A DNA stretch of 64,000 nt from an uncultured bacterium (GTDB lineage: Bacteria > Oederibacteriota > PGYV01 > CAWJRG01). Shown one piece after another: positions 1 to 9,449 of this stretch. The translations under genes and the position numbers were made by a program. The notes beneath the pieces were generated by a model. It had not been told where the DNA came from and made no database searches. It worked only from the letters and a program-made list of their open reading frames with translations. Each line of letters starts with the position of its first letter. The first letter of the stretch is position 1. The stretch covers positions 192,001 to 256,000 of the forward strand of contig CAWJRG010000009.1 in the NCBI GenBank assembly GCA_963845185.1, in the 5' to 3' direction.

Positions 1-1
1 A

Positions 2-1327
2 GTAAGGGATTTATTTTACAATACGCCTGCCAGGCTGAAATTTTTAAAATCAAACTACACCGAAGAAACCCACATAATAGACATGGTCACGGCAGAGGGG
101 TTCGCGCGCGATAATGTATCCATAAATTTACAGATTGACTCGAAAGAGACAATATTTTTCCCGCAAAAAAGCTCGTTAAAGGACAGGATAAGGATTATAT
201 ACGGCAGGGACATTTATGAATCGCTTGTCGGGATAAAAAATTTTTCCGACAACGTAAAAGTGTACGGGTACATAACGAAACCGGGGATAACAAAAAACAC
301 AAGGAATTTCCAGTTTTTATTCGTAAACAGGCGCAGCGTCCAGAACAAAGCCGTAATGTACGCGATACACGAGGGCTACGGGACTTTCCTCATGAAAGGC
401 AAATACCCGGTGGCCTTTATATTCGTGGACGTAAACCCTGCGCTTGTAGACGTGAACGTGCACCCTACCAAGGCTGAAGTCAAATTCAGGGATGAAAGGG
501 CAGTATTCAACGCAGTAAAAAAAGCAATCGAAGACAGCCTCGCGTCTTCCGAGCTTGCACCACAGATAACAGCCCCCGGCGGTTTTGGCACGCGGCCCTC
601 AGGGGACATGGTGGAGCAGGCAAAAAACTCGGTAAAGGATTCGATAAAGGAATTTTTTGTGTCCGAATCCAGCCCGCTTTTCAAGGAAAACAGGGCATAT
701 GCATCCGGAGCGAAAGCGCCAAAAGTACTGCAGTCGGAAAAAAGGAAATTTTTATGGCTTAAGGCACTGGGCCAGGTGCATAAGACCTACCTTGTCGGAG
801 AGGACGATGAAAACCTGGTTTTAATAGACCAGCACGCGGCCCACGAGAAAACCCTTTATGAAAAACTGTGGAAGGAAATAAACTCGGCGAAAGTTAAAAT
901 CCAGAACATGCTCATACCAGATACGATTGAAGTCACGCCGGCTGAGGCTCTAATAATAAAAAATAACACGGATGTTTTCGAAAAGACCGGGTTTGTGGTG
1001 GAGCTTTTCGGCGAGAGGACATACAAGATTTCAGCGCATCCCGTCATGATAAAAGACAGGCCGCCTGCGGCTTTTGTAAAGGAAATGATTGAGCTTGTCA
1101 GGGAAAAGGGGAAAGTAAACAGGGAAGAACTTTTAAAGGAGCTGACATCGCGCATTGCCTGCAGGGCAGCGGTAAAGGCGGGCGATGAACTGAAATACGA
1201 GGAAATGGAAGCCCTGATTACGGAATATTTCGAGTCGGACGCGCCGTATTCGTGCCCGCACGGCAGGCCCGCCATGGTCAAAATATCCTTTGGGGAAATA
1301 GAGAAAATGTTCAAAAGGAAACTATAA
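2..1327 (+). CDS. mutL: DNA mismatch repair protein MutL (5'-partial)
   Basis: Frame open from nt 2 (VRDLFYNTPARLKFLK); DVNVHPTKAEV, DQHAAHE, ACR and CPHGRP endonuclease motifs. Confidence 0.97.
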   Translation, partial: VRDLFYNTPARLKFLKSNYTEETHIIDMVTAEGFARDNVSINLQIDSKETIFFPQKSSLKDRIRIIYGRDIYESLVGIKNFSDNVKVYGYITKPGITKNTRNFQFLFVNRRSVQNKAVMYAIHEGYGTFLMKGKYPVAFIFVDVNPALVDVNVHPTKAEVKFRDERAVFNAVKKAIEDSLASSELAPQITAPGGFGTRPSGDMVEQAKNSVKDSIKEFFVSESSPLFKENRAYASGAKAPKVLQSEKRKFLWLKALGQVHKTYLVGEDDENLVLIDQHAAHEKTLYEKLWKEINSAKVKIQNMLIPDTIEVTPAEALIIKNNTDVFEKTGFVVELFGERTYKISAHPVMIKDRPPAAFVKEMIELVREKGKVNREELLKELTSRIACRAAVKAGDELKYEEMEALITEYFESDAPYSCPHGRPAMVKISFGEIEKMFKRKL

Positions 1328-1370
1328 GGCGGGATAATAATAGACGCTATTAATTGATTATAAAAATATT

Positions 1371-1399
1371 GTAGAGACGACCCGGCGGGTCGTCTCTAC
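1371..1399. repeat. GTAG-type REP palindrome
   Basis: GTAGAGACGACCC-GGC-GGGTCGTCTCTAC; reverse-complement copy at 52354-52382. Confidence 0.85.
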
Positions 1400-1423
1400 G
1401 TTTAAAATAATACGGAGGTTTTA

Positions 1424-2392
1424 ATGTTTATCATAATTGCCGGGCCGACAGGCACGGGCAAATCACGGGTGGCAGTGGATCTTGCCAAAAGAATAAACGG
1501 CGAAGTAATATCAGCGGATTCCATGCAGGTTTATAAAGGCATGGATATAGGGACTTTTAAGATACAAAAAAGCGAAACAAAAGATGTCCCGCACTACATG
1601 ATAGACGTAGCAGAACCTGATGAGAATTTTTCCGCGGCAAGGTTCAAGAAAACAGCTGAAAAAATAATGGAAGGTGTAAAGGCAAAAGGAAAAATACCGA
1701 TTATCACCGGAGGCACAGGCCTTTACATAAACGCGGTAATCAGGGGGCTGTTTGAGGCAAAGGAACCGGATGAAAAATTAAAGGCCAAACTCAGGCAGGA
1801 GCTTGAGGAAAAAGGGCTGCAATATCTTGTGAATGAATTAAAAAAGCGGGACCCTGAAGCTTTACGGGCCTTGGATACCGGAAATCCAAGGAGGGTGCTA
1901 AGGGCACTCGGATTAGTACTTGTAAATGAAAAGAAAATTTCGGATTTAAAAAAAGAAACAGCTAAAACAGCTTATAATGACGAGTATCTGCTTTTTGTTC
2001 TTAATATCAAAAGGGGAGAACTTTATAAAAGAATAAATGCAAGGGTAGACGAAATGATAAAAGCAGGCCTTGTAAACGAGATAAAATCGCTGGTTTCGCA
2101 TGGGCCCGGCGCCGGTCAAACGTCAATGCAGGCCATAGGATACAAGGAAATCGCCGGTTACTTAAGCGGAAAAACAGGAATGGAAGAGGCAATTGACTTG
2201 ATAAAAAAAAATACACGGAATTACGCCAAACGCCAGATTACCTGGTTCAAACGATATAAAGAGGCAATATGGGTTGACGCGACTGATAAAAAAGTTTATG
2301 ATATAGTTGAAGAGATTATTAAAACAATTGCGAAATGGGAAAATCAAAAAGGAGATACCAGTGAAACGCATAATGCGCGTATTGTTAAATAA
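1424..2392 (+). CDS. miaA: tRNA dimethylallyltransferase
   Basis: GPTGTGKS, DSMQVY, GGTGLY, QAIGYKE, TRNYAKRQITWF; follows mutL. Confidence 0.97.
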   Translation: MFIIIAGPTGTGKSRVAVDLAKRINGEVISADSMQVYKGMDIGTFKIQKSETKDVPHYMIDVAEPDENFSAARFKKTAEKIMEGVKAKGKIPIITGGTGLYINAVIRGLFEAKEPDEKLKAKLRQELEEKGLQYLVNELKKRDPEALRALDTGNPRRVLRALGLVLVNEKKISDLKKETAKTAYNDEYLLFVLNIKRGELYKRINARVDEMIKAGLVNEIKSLVSHGPGAGQTSMQAIGYKEIAGYLSGKTGMEEAIDLIKKNTRNYAKRQITWFKRYKEAIWVDATDKKVYDIVEEIIKTIAKWENQKGDTSETHNARIVK

Positions 2393-3674
2393 CAGGAATT
2401 TTTTGCTGCTCTGGGGCGGGCAGATAGCAGAGCAGTTCGGAGACAGCCTTAATTTAATGGCCCTTATAGCTTTTGTGCTCGCACTGCCTTCCAAGCCGGG
2501 CATGCATTTGCACGCCACAAACATGTCCATATTAATGATGTGGCTTGGCATACCAATACTTTTTGTCGGGCCGTTTGCCGGTGTTTTTGTGGACAGGGTA
2601 AAAAGAAAAACCATACTGCTTTTGGCTGCGCTATCGAGGGGCACACTGGTTTTTATCATGTTCCTGCTAATCCATGACAAGGAAAACGCGCCTTTCGTTT
2701 ATATCCTTGTATTTTTAATATCGGTTGTCACGCAGTTTTTTATACCGGCAAAATCATCCTTTATACCAAAATTGGTGAAAAAGGGAGAACTGCTTATAGC
2801 CAACTCGCTGTCTGCCACAACGACCGTCATAGTGCAGATATTTAGCTACGCCATTGCAGGTATAATAATTTCCGAGATAGGCATCCGCAGGACTTTATTT
2901 ATCAATGTATGCACTTACATAATATCAGTTACCACGCTTTCGTTCATAAGGGTAAAAGAAACTTTAAAAGACGACGTAAAAATTCACGTCAAACAGGTTT
3001 TTAAGGAGCTTAAAGCAGGCATAAAATTTTTATTAAGCAGTGAAAAAATAAAATTCATGGTCAGGCGGGTTTTTATCCTGATGATTGCCATGGGATTTTT
3101 TTACGTATCTTTTACAAGCGAATTCCTGCATGTAATTCTCCAGAAAACAGGCATACAAATAAAGGATATTAAAGCACTGGGGTTCATGCAGGCATGCCTC
3201 GGGCTGGGGCTTGTCGCCGGAATATTCATAATAGAGCATGCTGTCAAAAGAATGAAGGAAGTCACGCTTATAAGGCTGCTTTTCCCGCTGACAGGGCTGG
3301 GTGTTACAATTCTTTATTTTACTGCCAATTACTATTATTTGCTTTTTTTAGCTTTTATGGCCGGCATAATGGGAGTAATGACTTTAAGCATAGCTGAGAC
3401 GTCCCTGCAAAAGAGCACGCCCGAAACCATGCGGGGCAGGGTATTCGCGGCTTATTATGTTTTAAGGAATTCCGGGCCTGTAATCGCGTCCGTATTAACC
3501 GGAATAATAGTAGGGTTTATCGACGAGGATATTATAGTGCTTGCCTCGGGCCTTGCGCTCATAGCCTACGGGCTTTTGAATTTCTTTATCCACGGCGGTC
3601 TGGCGAGATTAAGGACAAGAATCCAGATAAAACCGCAGAGAATCGATTTTTACGGCAAGACCACGAAAAAGTAA
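2361..3674 (+). CDS. MFS transporter (DHA3/MFS_3-like)
   Basis: Multi-pass hydrophobic protein; RNFLLLWGGQ, AGVFVDRVKRK, MRGRVFA; probable GTG start at 2361 after AGGAG. Confidence 0.88.
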   Translation: MKRIMRVLLNNRNFLLLWGGQIAEQFGDSLNLMALIAFVLALPSKPGMHLHATNMSILMMWLGIPILFVGPFAGVFVDRVKRKTILLLAALSRGTLVFIMFLLIHDKENAPFVYILVFLISVVTQFFIPAKSSFIPKLVKKGELLIANSLSATTTVIVQIFSYAIAGIIISEIGIRRTLFINVCTYIISVTTLSFIRVKETLKDDVKIHVKQVFKELKAGIKFLLSSEKIKFMVRRVFILMIAMGFFYVSFTSEFLHVILQKTGIQIKDIKALGFMQACLGLGLVAGIFIIEHAVKRMKEVTLIRLLFPLTGLGVTILYFTANYYYLLFLAFMAGIMGVMTLSIAETSLQKSTPETMRGRVFAAYYVLRNSGPVIASVLTGIIVGFIDEDIIVLASGLALIAYGLLNFFIHGGLARLRTRIQIKPQRIDFYGKTTKK

Positions 3675-3690
3675 AAGCCGGGGTGCATTT

Positions 3691-4221
3691 TTGGGAGAAA
3701 TAAAAAAAACAAGCAAAGAAAAACTTGTTGCCGGCTTTATTTATAAAGACGCCAGTATATTTGAATCCGTGAAAAAAGAACTGATAAAGAAATACGGCAA
3801 CGCGGATTTTGAAAGCAGGGAACTCGATTTTACCTATACGGATTATTATAATGAAGAAATGGGGATGGAGCTAAAAAGGAAATTTTTAAGTTTTGACAAG
3901 CCTGTGTACCCGGGAAAACTGGCTGAAATAAAAATTTTCACGAACAAAATAGAAAGAAAATTTACGGATAATGCCGGGAAAAGAAAAATAAATATAGACC
4001 CGGGCCTGCTTTCGCCCGCCAACTTCATACTTGCCACCACAAAAAATTTCTCGCATAGGATTTACATAGGAAAGGGCATATACGCGGAAGTGACGCTCCA
4101 ATACAAGGATAAAAATTTTATCACACTGCCCTGGACATACCCCGACTACGCGAGCAACGAGTATATGGAAATTTTAAGAGATATCAGGAATAGGTACAAG
4201 GAACATATACAGATGAAGTAG
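3691..4221 (+). CDS. DUF4416 family protein
   Basis: FTYTDYYNEEMG, RKINIDPG, LATTKNFSHRIY, WTYPDY motifs. Confidence 0.85.
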   Translation: MGEIKKTSKEKLVAGFIYKDASIFESVKKELIKKYGNADFESRELDFTYTDYYNEEMGMELKRKFLSFDKPVYPGKLAEIKIFTNKIERKFTDNAGKRKINIDPGLLSPANFILATTKNFSHRIYIGKGIYAEVTLQYKDKNFITLPWTYPDYASNEYMEILRDIRNRYKEHIQMK

Positions 4222-4245
4222 AGACACGCCATGGCGTGTCTCTAC
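4218..4245. repeat. GTAG-type REP palindrome that supplies the TAG stop of the upstream gene
   Basis: GTAGAGACACGCCATGGCGTGTCTCTAC; identical copy at 43251-43278. Confidence 0.85.
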
Positions 4246-4280
4246 AATAAAAAATCAACAAGTGGTGTTAAAATTTTAAA

Positions 4281-5132
4281 ATGAATAGAATATTTTTTAG
4301 CCTTATACAGCTGATAATTTATCTGATAATTTCGATGAATACACTTTACGCCTTTAATATAAAGTGGACTCGCATACATAAAAAGATTTTCTATGCAAAA
4401 GTTAATGTGTACAGGGGCAATGAAATAATCGACCGTGTAAATATAATAAAGATTGCGCCCGACGGTTACACGTTCAGGCTGCTTGATATGCATGACAACA
4501 GCGGCAAAATGATTTTAAAAAACATAGAGAACTGGCAGGAGGCTTCGGGGGCGCTTGTTGTTTTTAACGGCAGTTATTATAATGAGGAATTCAAGCCTGC
4601 GACTGCAGTTGTAGCCGACGGAAAATCAAGAAACAATTTCGGGGAAGTAAAAAAAGGAGCGGTGTTCGTGGCTTCGCCCGGCAAAAAATCAGGCCTGCCC
4701 GAAGCGGATATAATCGATTTATACGGCAATCCGGTCAATATGAAAAGCTTACATTACATGACCGCGGTCCAGTCTTATCCTGTATTGCTTGATAAACAGG
4801 GCAGGATTCCTGTACTGAAGTCAGACTGGAGGGCAAACAGGACTGTCATTGCAAAGGACAAAGCGGGAAATATACTGCTTTTTGTGACCGAAGGCACGCA
4901 GAAATATTATTCTTTTACCCTATACGAGATGGCCGAATGGATTAAAAACTGCGAGCTGGACGTTAAAATGGCAGTAAATCTGGACGGCGGATATGAGTCG
5001 GAATTATGCATTAAAACCAATAATTTTGCCTATACCACTTACGGCCAGTGGGAATTAAACGAGAACGGGGATATTTCAAAACCCGGGATAAAAATGTGGC
5101 TGCCTTTTGCCATCGCCGTATTTCCAAAGTAA
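4281..5132 (+). CDS. Secreted phosphodiester glycosidase (NAGPA/DUF2233) family protein
   Basis: Signal peptide; FNGSYY, NRTVIA, AVNLDGG motifs. Confidence 0.8.
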   Translation: MNRIFFSLIQLIIYLIISMNTLYAFNIKWTRIHKKIFYAKVNVYRGNEIIDRVNIIKIAPDGYTFRLLDMHDNSGKMILKNIENWQEASGALVVFNGSYYNEEFKPATAVVADGKSRNNFGEVKKGAVFVASPGKKSGLPEADIIDLYGNPVNMKSLHYMTAVQSYPVLLDKQGRIPVLKSDWRANRTVIAKDKAGNILLFVTEGTQKYYSFTLYEMAEWIKNCELDVKMAVNLDGGYESELCIKTNNFAYTTYGQWELNENGDISKPGIKMWLPFAIAVFPK

Positions 5133-5141
5133 AGTAACAAA

Positions 5142-5170
5142 TTGACATAAGATTAATTGTGTGGTAAGGT
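5142..5170 (+). promoter_or_regulatory. Sigma70-type promoter of the B12 operon
   Basis: TTGACA-17 nt-TAAGGT with TGn extension, directly before the riboswitch. Confidence 0.6.
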
Positions 5171-5182
5171 GCAAATAAATAA

Positions 5183-5296
5183 ACGTTTTTGCAGAGGAAA
5201 TCCCCGTGAGATTCGGGGCGCTGTTCCGCAACGGTAATCTCTGAAAAGGGTAGCCCGGGCTACTGCAAATAACGCAAAGTACCTTCGTGAAAAGGG
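5183..5296 (+). promoter_or_regulatory. Cobalamin riboswitch (compact form)
   Basis: AGGAAAT-CCCCG-TGAGATT-CGGGG-CG-CTGTTCCGCAACGGTAA...AGCCCGG; closing stem CGTTTTTGCAG/CTGCAAATAACG; upstream of B12 genes. Confidence 0.88.
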
Positions 5297-5316
5297 AAAA
5301 AGAACAAGACATTTTC

Positions 5317-5343
5317 CCCGGCGAAGGCCGGGTTTCTTATTTT
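5317..5343 (+). terminator. Riboswitch expression-platform terminator
   Basis: CCCGGC-GAAG-GCCGGG followed by TTTCTTATTTT. Confidence 0.75.
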
Positions 5344-5375
5344 ATAAGGTAGGATACTGAAAAACAATTTTACGG

Positions 5376-5471
5376 TGTCATTGCGAGAAGCGAAGCGACG
5401 AAGCAATCTAGTATGTAAAGGAAAGAACGAGATTGCCGCGCCCATAAAACAAAAGCGGGCTCGCAATGACA
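5376..5471. repeat. CGTC-type REP-like composite palindrome
   Basis: TGTCATTGCGAG...CGAAGCAATCT...GAGATTGC...CTCGCAATGACA; partial copy at about 32741-32762. Confidence 0.8.
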
Positions 5472-5519
5472 AGTATATGATTTTTTCGTCGAACTAGAGG
5501 CAGGAGGATAGAAACATAT

Positions 5520-6128
5520 ATGAAGATATACCTTGTAAGGCATGGAGAGACAGACTGGAACACAAAGTTGTTGTACCAGGGGCATACAGACATTGGACTT
5601 AACAGCCTTGGTATAAGCCAGGCAAAATATATAGCAAAGGAATTAAAAGACAAAAAAATCCAGGCAATAATAAGCAGTGATTTAAGGCGTGCATATAAAA
5701 CTGCGGAAATAATAAAAAAAACCTGCAAATATAAAGGAATAATAATAAGAGACAGGCGGCTGCGCGAACGGTCTTACGGCGATCTGGAGGGTAAACTTTA
5801 TAATTTTTTTCAAAGGAGAAGAAAAAACTTTACCGGTGAAAAAGACGCGGTATTTTTTGCAAGGGTAAATGCATGTTTTAAGTCGATAATAAGGAAATAT
5901 AAAGGTAAAAATACGGCAATAATAACACACGGCGGGGTTGTAAGACAGATAGTTTCCTTTGTACTCGGGCTCAAGAACTATAAGAAAATCAGGATATACA
6001 ATGCTTCAATTTCGGAAATATTTTATAACGAGGAGAAAAAGGTGTTTTTTTTGCTGCTGTTAAACAGCGTCGCGCATCTGCCGAAAAAAGATAGGAACAG
6101 GACACAATATCATATAAAGGGCGTGTAG
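5520..6128 (+). CDS. Histidine phosphatase, CobC-like (alpha-ribazole phosphatase candidate)
   Basis: LVRHGETDWN, SSDLRRA, THGG; first gene after the B12 riboswitch. Confidence 0.8.
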   Translation: MKIYLVRHGETDWNTKLLYQGHTDIGLNSLGISQAKYIAKELKDKKIQAIISSDLRRAYKTAEIIKKTCKYKGIIIRDRRLRERSYGDLEGKLYNFFQRRRKNFTGEKDAVFFARVNACFKSIIRKYKGKNTAIITHGGVVRQIVSFVLGLKNYKKIRIYNASISEIFYNEEKKVFFLLLLNSVAHLPKKDRNRTQYHIKGV

Positions 6129-6165
6129 GAAAGGAATGTGAGAGGTGCCATGTGCGACGTGAATT

Positions 6166-6223
6166 GTAGAGACGACCCGATGGGTCGTCTAAAGAAAGAG
6201 ACGTTACGACGCAACGTCTCTAC
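6166..6223. repeat. REP doublet (GTAG family)
   Basis: GTAGAGACGACCC-GAT-GGGTCGTCT then AGAGACGTT-ACGACGC-AACGTCTCTAC. Confidence 0.8.
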
Positions 6224-6241
6224 GTTATAAGGAAAAGAATA

Positions 6242-6769
6242 ATGGAAAAAGCCATAATACAGATATACACCGGTAACGGCAAAGGCAAGACAACAGCTGC
6301 GCTCGGACTGGCAATAAGGGCTGCAGGCGCAGGCCTGAATACTGTGTTTTTTCAGTTTTTAAAACAAGGTAATTTTGATTTTAGCGAAGAAAAAACATTA
6401 AAATGCGCGCAAAATATCAAAGTTGTAAGATTTGAAGAGAAGTCGCCTTTGCTGGATGGAAAAATAAATATTACTCAGCTAAAAAAGCAGGTTTCAAAAG
6501 ACGTTAAAGATGTATTCCGGGCAATTGACAGCAAGAAATTCGATGTGGTAATACTTGATGAGTTTACGCACATTATAAATCTTGGTCTTGTTAAAGAAAG
6601 TTATATTATCAATAAATTGAAAAACAAGCCCGAAAACGTTGAGATTGTAATTACCGGCAGGAACGCGGGCAAGAAACTTATTAAGCTGGCCGGGCTTGTG
6701 ACTGAAATGAAAGAAATCAAACACCCGTTTAAAAAAGGATTTAAGGCGAGAAAAGGCATAGATTTTTAA
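6242..6769 (+). CDS. btuR: Cob(I)alamin adenosyltransferase (CobO/BtuR)
   Basis: IYTGNGKGKTTAALG, ILDE, ITGR, KHPF...GIDF. Confidence 0.93.
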   Translation: MEKAIIQIYTGNGKGKTTAALGLAIRAAGAGLNTVFFQFLKQGNFDFSEEKTLKCAQNIKVVRFEEKSPLLDGKINITQLKKQVSKDVKDVFRAIDSKKFDVVILDEFTHIINLGLVKESYIINKLKNKPENVEIVITGRNAGKKLIKLAGLVTEMKEIKHPFKKGFKARKGIDF

Positions 6770-6789
6770 TTTACGGAAGGGAAGATAAT

Positions 6790-7665
6790 TTGAAAAATTT
6801 TAAGTTAATTATATTTTTTTTTATGATATCCGGATTGGCGGGCGTTGCTTTTGCGGAACCAATCGTTGACGATGTCGGCAGGACGGTGAATGTTAGTGTG
6901 CCTGTCAAGATCATAGTCAGCCTGTCACCGGCGCATACGGAAATAATATTTATGCTCGGGCAGCAGGATAAATTAAAGGCGGTTTCAGTGCAGTGCGATT
7001 TTCCGGAGGCAGCAAAAAAAATGGAAAAAGCCGGAACTTTTTTAAAGCCAGACCTTGAAAAAATAATAAGAATCAAGCCTGATGTCGTTATTTCAGGCGG
7101 CGGAATCCAGAAGCAAACCATATACGAACTGGATAAATTAAAAATACCGGTGATTGTCCTTTACCCGAGGAATATAAATGCAATAGCAGCGGACATGAGG
7201 GTTATAGGCAGGCTGACCGGCACGGAAAAAAAGGCAGGGCTAATGGCAGGGAAAATAGAAGCATTGAAACAAGCAAAGACAAAAACCAGAATTTTAAAGG
7301 TTTATATCGAACTATGGGGTTCCCCAGCAATGTCTACCGGCGGCGCATCCTGCATAAACGATATTGTGGAAACCGCAGGAGGCCTGAATATTTTTAAAGA
7401 CAGCGCGTCGGAATACCCGAAAGTCTCAAAAGAAGAAATAATAAAGAGGAACCCGGACGTGATAATACTGCTTTACGAGCCGGAAAAAGATTATTACCAG
7501 AGACAGTGGTTCGAGGCAGTTAATGCCGGAAAAAATAAAAACATTTTTGTCATCAGCGAAAAGGATTCAGATTTTTTCCTGAGGCCCGGCCCAAGAGTGG
7601 CTGAAGGAGTGAAAAAAATGAAGGAAATAATAGCTCAAGCGGGAAATTTTAAAAATGAAAAATAA
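6790..7665 (+). CDS. btuF: Cobalamin ABC transporter substrate-binding protein
   Basis: Signal peptide; IVSLSPAHTEI, LEKIIRIKPDVV, RPGPR; riboswitch context. Confidence 0.88.
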   Translation: MKNFKLIIFFFMISGLAGVAFAEPIVDDVGRTVNVSVPVKIIVSLSPAHTEIIFMLGQQDKLKAVSVQCDFPEAAKKMEKAGTFLKPDLEKIIRIKPDVVISGGGIQKQTIYELDKLKIPVIVLYPRNINAIAADMRVIGRLTGTEKKAGLMAGKIEALKQAKTKTRILKVYIELWGSPAMSTGGASCINDIVETAGGLNIFKDSASEYPKVSKEEIIKRNPDVIILLYEPEKDYYQRQWFEAVNAGKNKNIFVISEKDSDFFLRPGPRVAEGVKKMKEIIAQAGNFKNEK

Positions 7666-8629
7666 GATATTATGGCTGTCAGCATCCTGCCTGCTGCTTT
7701 TTGCCTGCATGTTGACGGCATTAAAATTAGGCAGCGTGAATATCGGTTTTAAGGAAATATTCGGCATTATCGCAGGCAGGACGGGCGGAGCAGAGGATAA
7801 AATAATTATCACGGCAATAAGACTGCCGCGTATTATTTACGCCGTGCTTGTGGGCGGCATGCTGGGATTATCAGGAGCTATTTTACAGGCTGTCCTGAAG
7901 AATCCGCTTGCAGACCCGTTTGTAACAGGTATATCGTCAGGTTCGGCTTTCGGGGCGGTGCTGGGTATTATCGCGGGTTTTACATTCATAATGATTCCAA
8001 GCGTTGCACTGGGAATACTGACCATACTTGTTGTTTGCAGGCTTTCAATAATATACGGCAGGTTAAATATTACCTATCTTTTGCTGACCGGGGTTATGAT
8101 AGGTTCGCTTTTTTCCGGTTTAATAATGCTTTTATCAACCATATTTAACAGGGATTTAATGAAAGTAATGTTCTGGCTCATGGGTGATTTATCCGGTGCC
8201 GATGTTTCTGTTTTAAAATACGCGGTTATATTTGCGCTTATTGCATTTGCCGGTGCAATGTATTTTGCCAATGACCTGAATATACTCTCAACAGGCGAAG
8301 AAGAGGCTGGTACTGTCGGTGTAAATGTGGAGCTTGTAAAAACAATTTATTTTATAATAGCCAGTTTGCTTACAGGCATTTCTGTTTCCTTAAGCGGCGT
8401 CATAGGTTTTGTGGGACTGGTCATACCGCATATAATGAGGATATTTATAGGGAGCGATATGAGGTGGCTGATGCCTGCTTCTTTTGTTGCCGGAGGGATA
8501 TTTTTGCTTTTGGCAGATACAATAGCAAGGACAATTTTTTTGCCGGCGGAAATACCTGTAGGCATAATAACAGGGCTTATCGGCGCGCCGGTTTTCATCT
8601 TTATACTGCTAGCCAAAAGGGGAGTATGA
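7655..8629 (+). CDS. btuC: Cobalamin ABC transporter permease (FecCD family)
   Basis: RLPR, NPLADP, GVIGFVGLVIPH, EIPVG. Confidence 0.9.
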   Translation: MKNKILWLSASCLLLFACMLTALKLGSVNIGFKEIFGIIAGRTGGAEDKIIITAIRLPRIIYAVLVGGMLGLSGAILQAVLKNPLADPFVTGISSGSAFGAVLGIIAGFTFIMIPSVALGILTILVVCRLSIIYGRLNITYLLLTGVMIGSLFSGLIMLLSTIFNRDLMKVMFWLMGDLSGADVSVLKYAVIFALIAFAGAMYFANDLNILSTGEEEAGTVGVNVELVKTIYFIIASLLTGISVSLSGVIGFVGLVIPHIMRIFIGSDMRWLMPASFVAGGIFLLLADTIARTIFLPAEIPVGIITGLIGAPVFIFILLAKRGV

Positions 8630-8630
8630 C

Positions 8631-9449
8631 ATGATAAGCGTCAGGGATTTGAATTTTAAATACATGGAAAACGGATTCAGCCTGAAAAGCATAAGCCTTG
8701 ATATTTTAAAAGGTGATTTTATCGCGTTTGTGGGCCCAAACGGCGCGGGCAAATCGACATTTGTAAGGATACTTGCAGGAATAATTAATAATTATTCAGG
8801 GCATGCCCTTATTGAAGGCAAGAACGTCATGGAATATAAAAGTACTGAACTCGCGAAAAAAGTATCATATATACCCCAGACCGACAGCCATGTCTTTAAT
8901 TTTACGGTTTATGACATTGTTGCCATGGGACGCAGGCCTTATACCGGGAGCATGGGTTTGCTCAAAAAGCCGGACAGGGAAGCAATAGACGCGGCGCTTA
9001 ACGATTACGGCCTTTTTGAAAAGAGGAATAAATTTTTCAACCAGCTGAGCGGCGGGGAGAGAAGGACGGCGTTGATAGCCAAGGCAATAGCGCAGGAAGC
9101 CGATATACTCCTGATGGACGAACCTACCACATACCTTGACATTCACCACCAGATATTTCTTATGGAAAAGCTGCTCGGGCTAAAGGAAAAAAACGCAAAA
9201 ACAATATTTTTTATCTCGCATAACATCAACCTTGCCTCGGAATACGCAGGCAGGGTGATTTTTATCAAAGACGGGGCAATAGTAAAGGACGGCAGGCCGA
9301 AAGAAGTCATAACATCCGAGAACATTGAAAAAATTTACGGCATAAATAATTTCACGGTTGAAGCCAACAGGAAAACGGGCGCGCCGAATTTGTTTGTGGT
9401 GCCGGACAGAACAGAATATAAAATGGAGGTAAAAAATGAAAAAGTTTAG
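8631..9449 (+). CDS. btuD: Cobalamin ABC transporter ATPase
   Basis: GPNGAGKST, LSGGE, LMDEPT. Confidence 0.88.
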   Translation: MISVRDLNFKYMENGFSLKSISLDILKGDFIAFVGPNGAGKSTFVRILAGIINNYSGHALIEGKNVMEYKSTELAKKVSYIPQTDSHVFNFTVYDIVAMGRRPYTGSMGLLKKPDREAIDAALNDYGLFEKRNKFFNQLSGGERRTALIAKAIAQEADILLMDEPTTYLDIHHQIFLMEKLLGLKEKNAKTIFFISHNINLASEYAGRVIFIKDGAIVKDGRPKEVITSENIEKIYGINNFTVEANRKTGAPNLFVVPDRTEYKMEVKNEKV

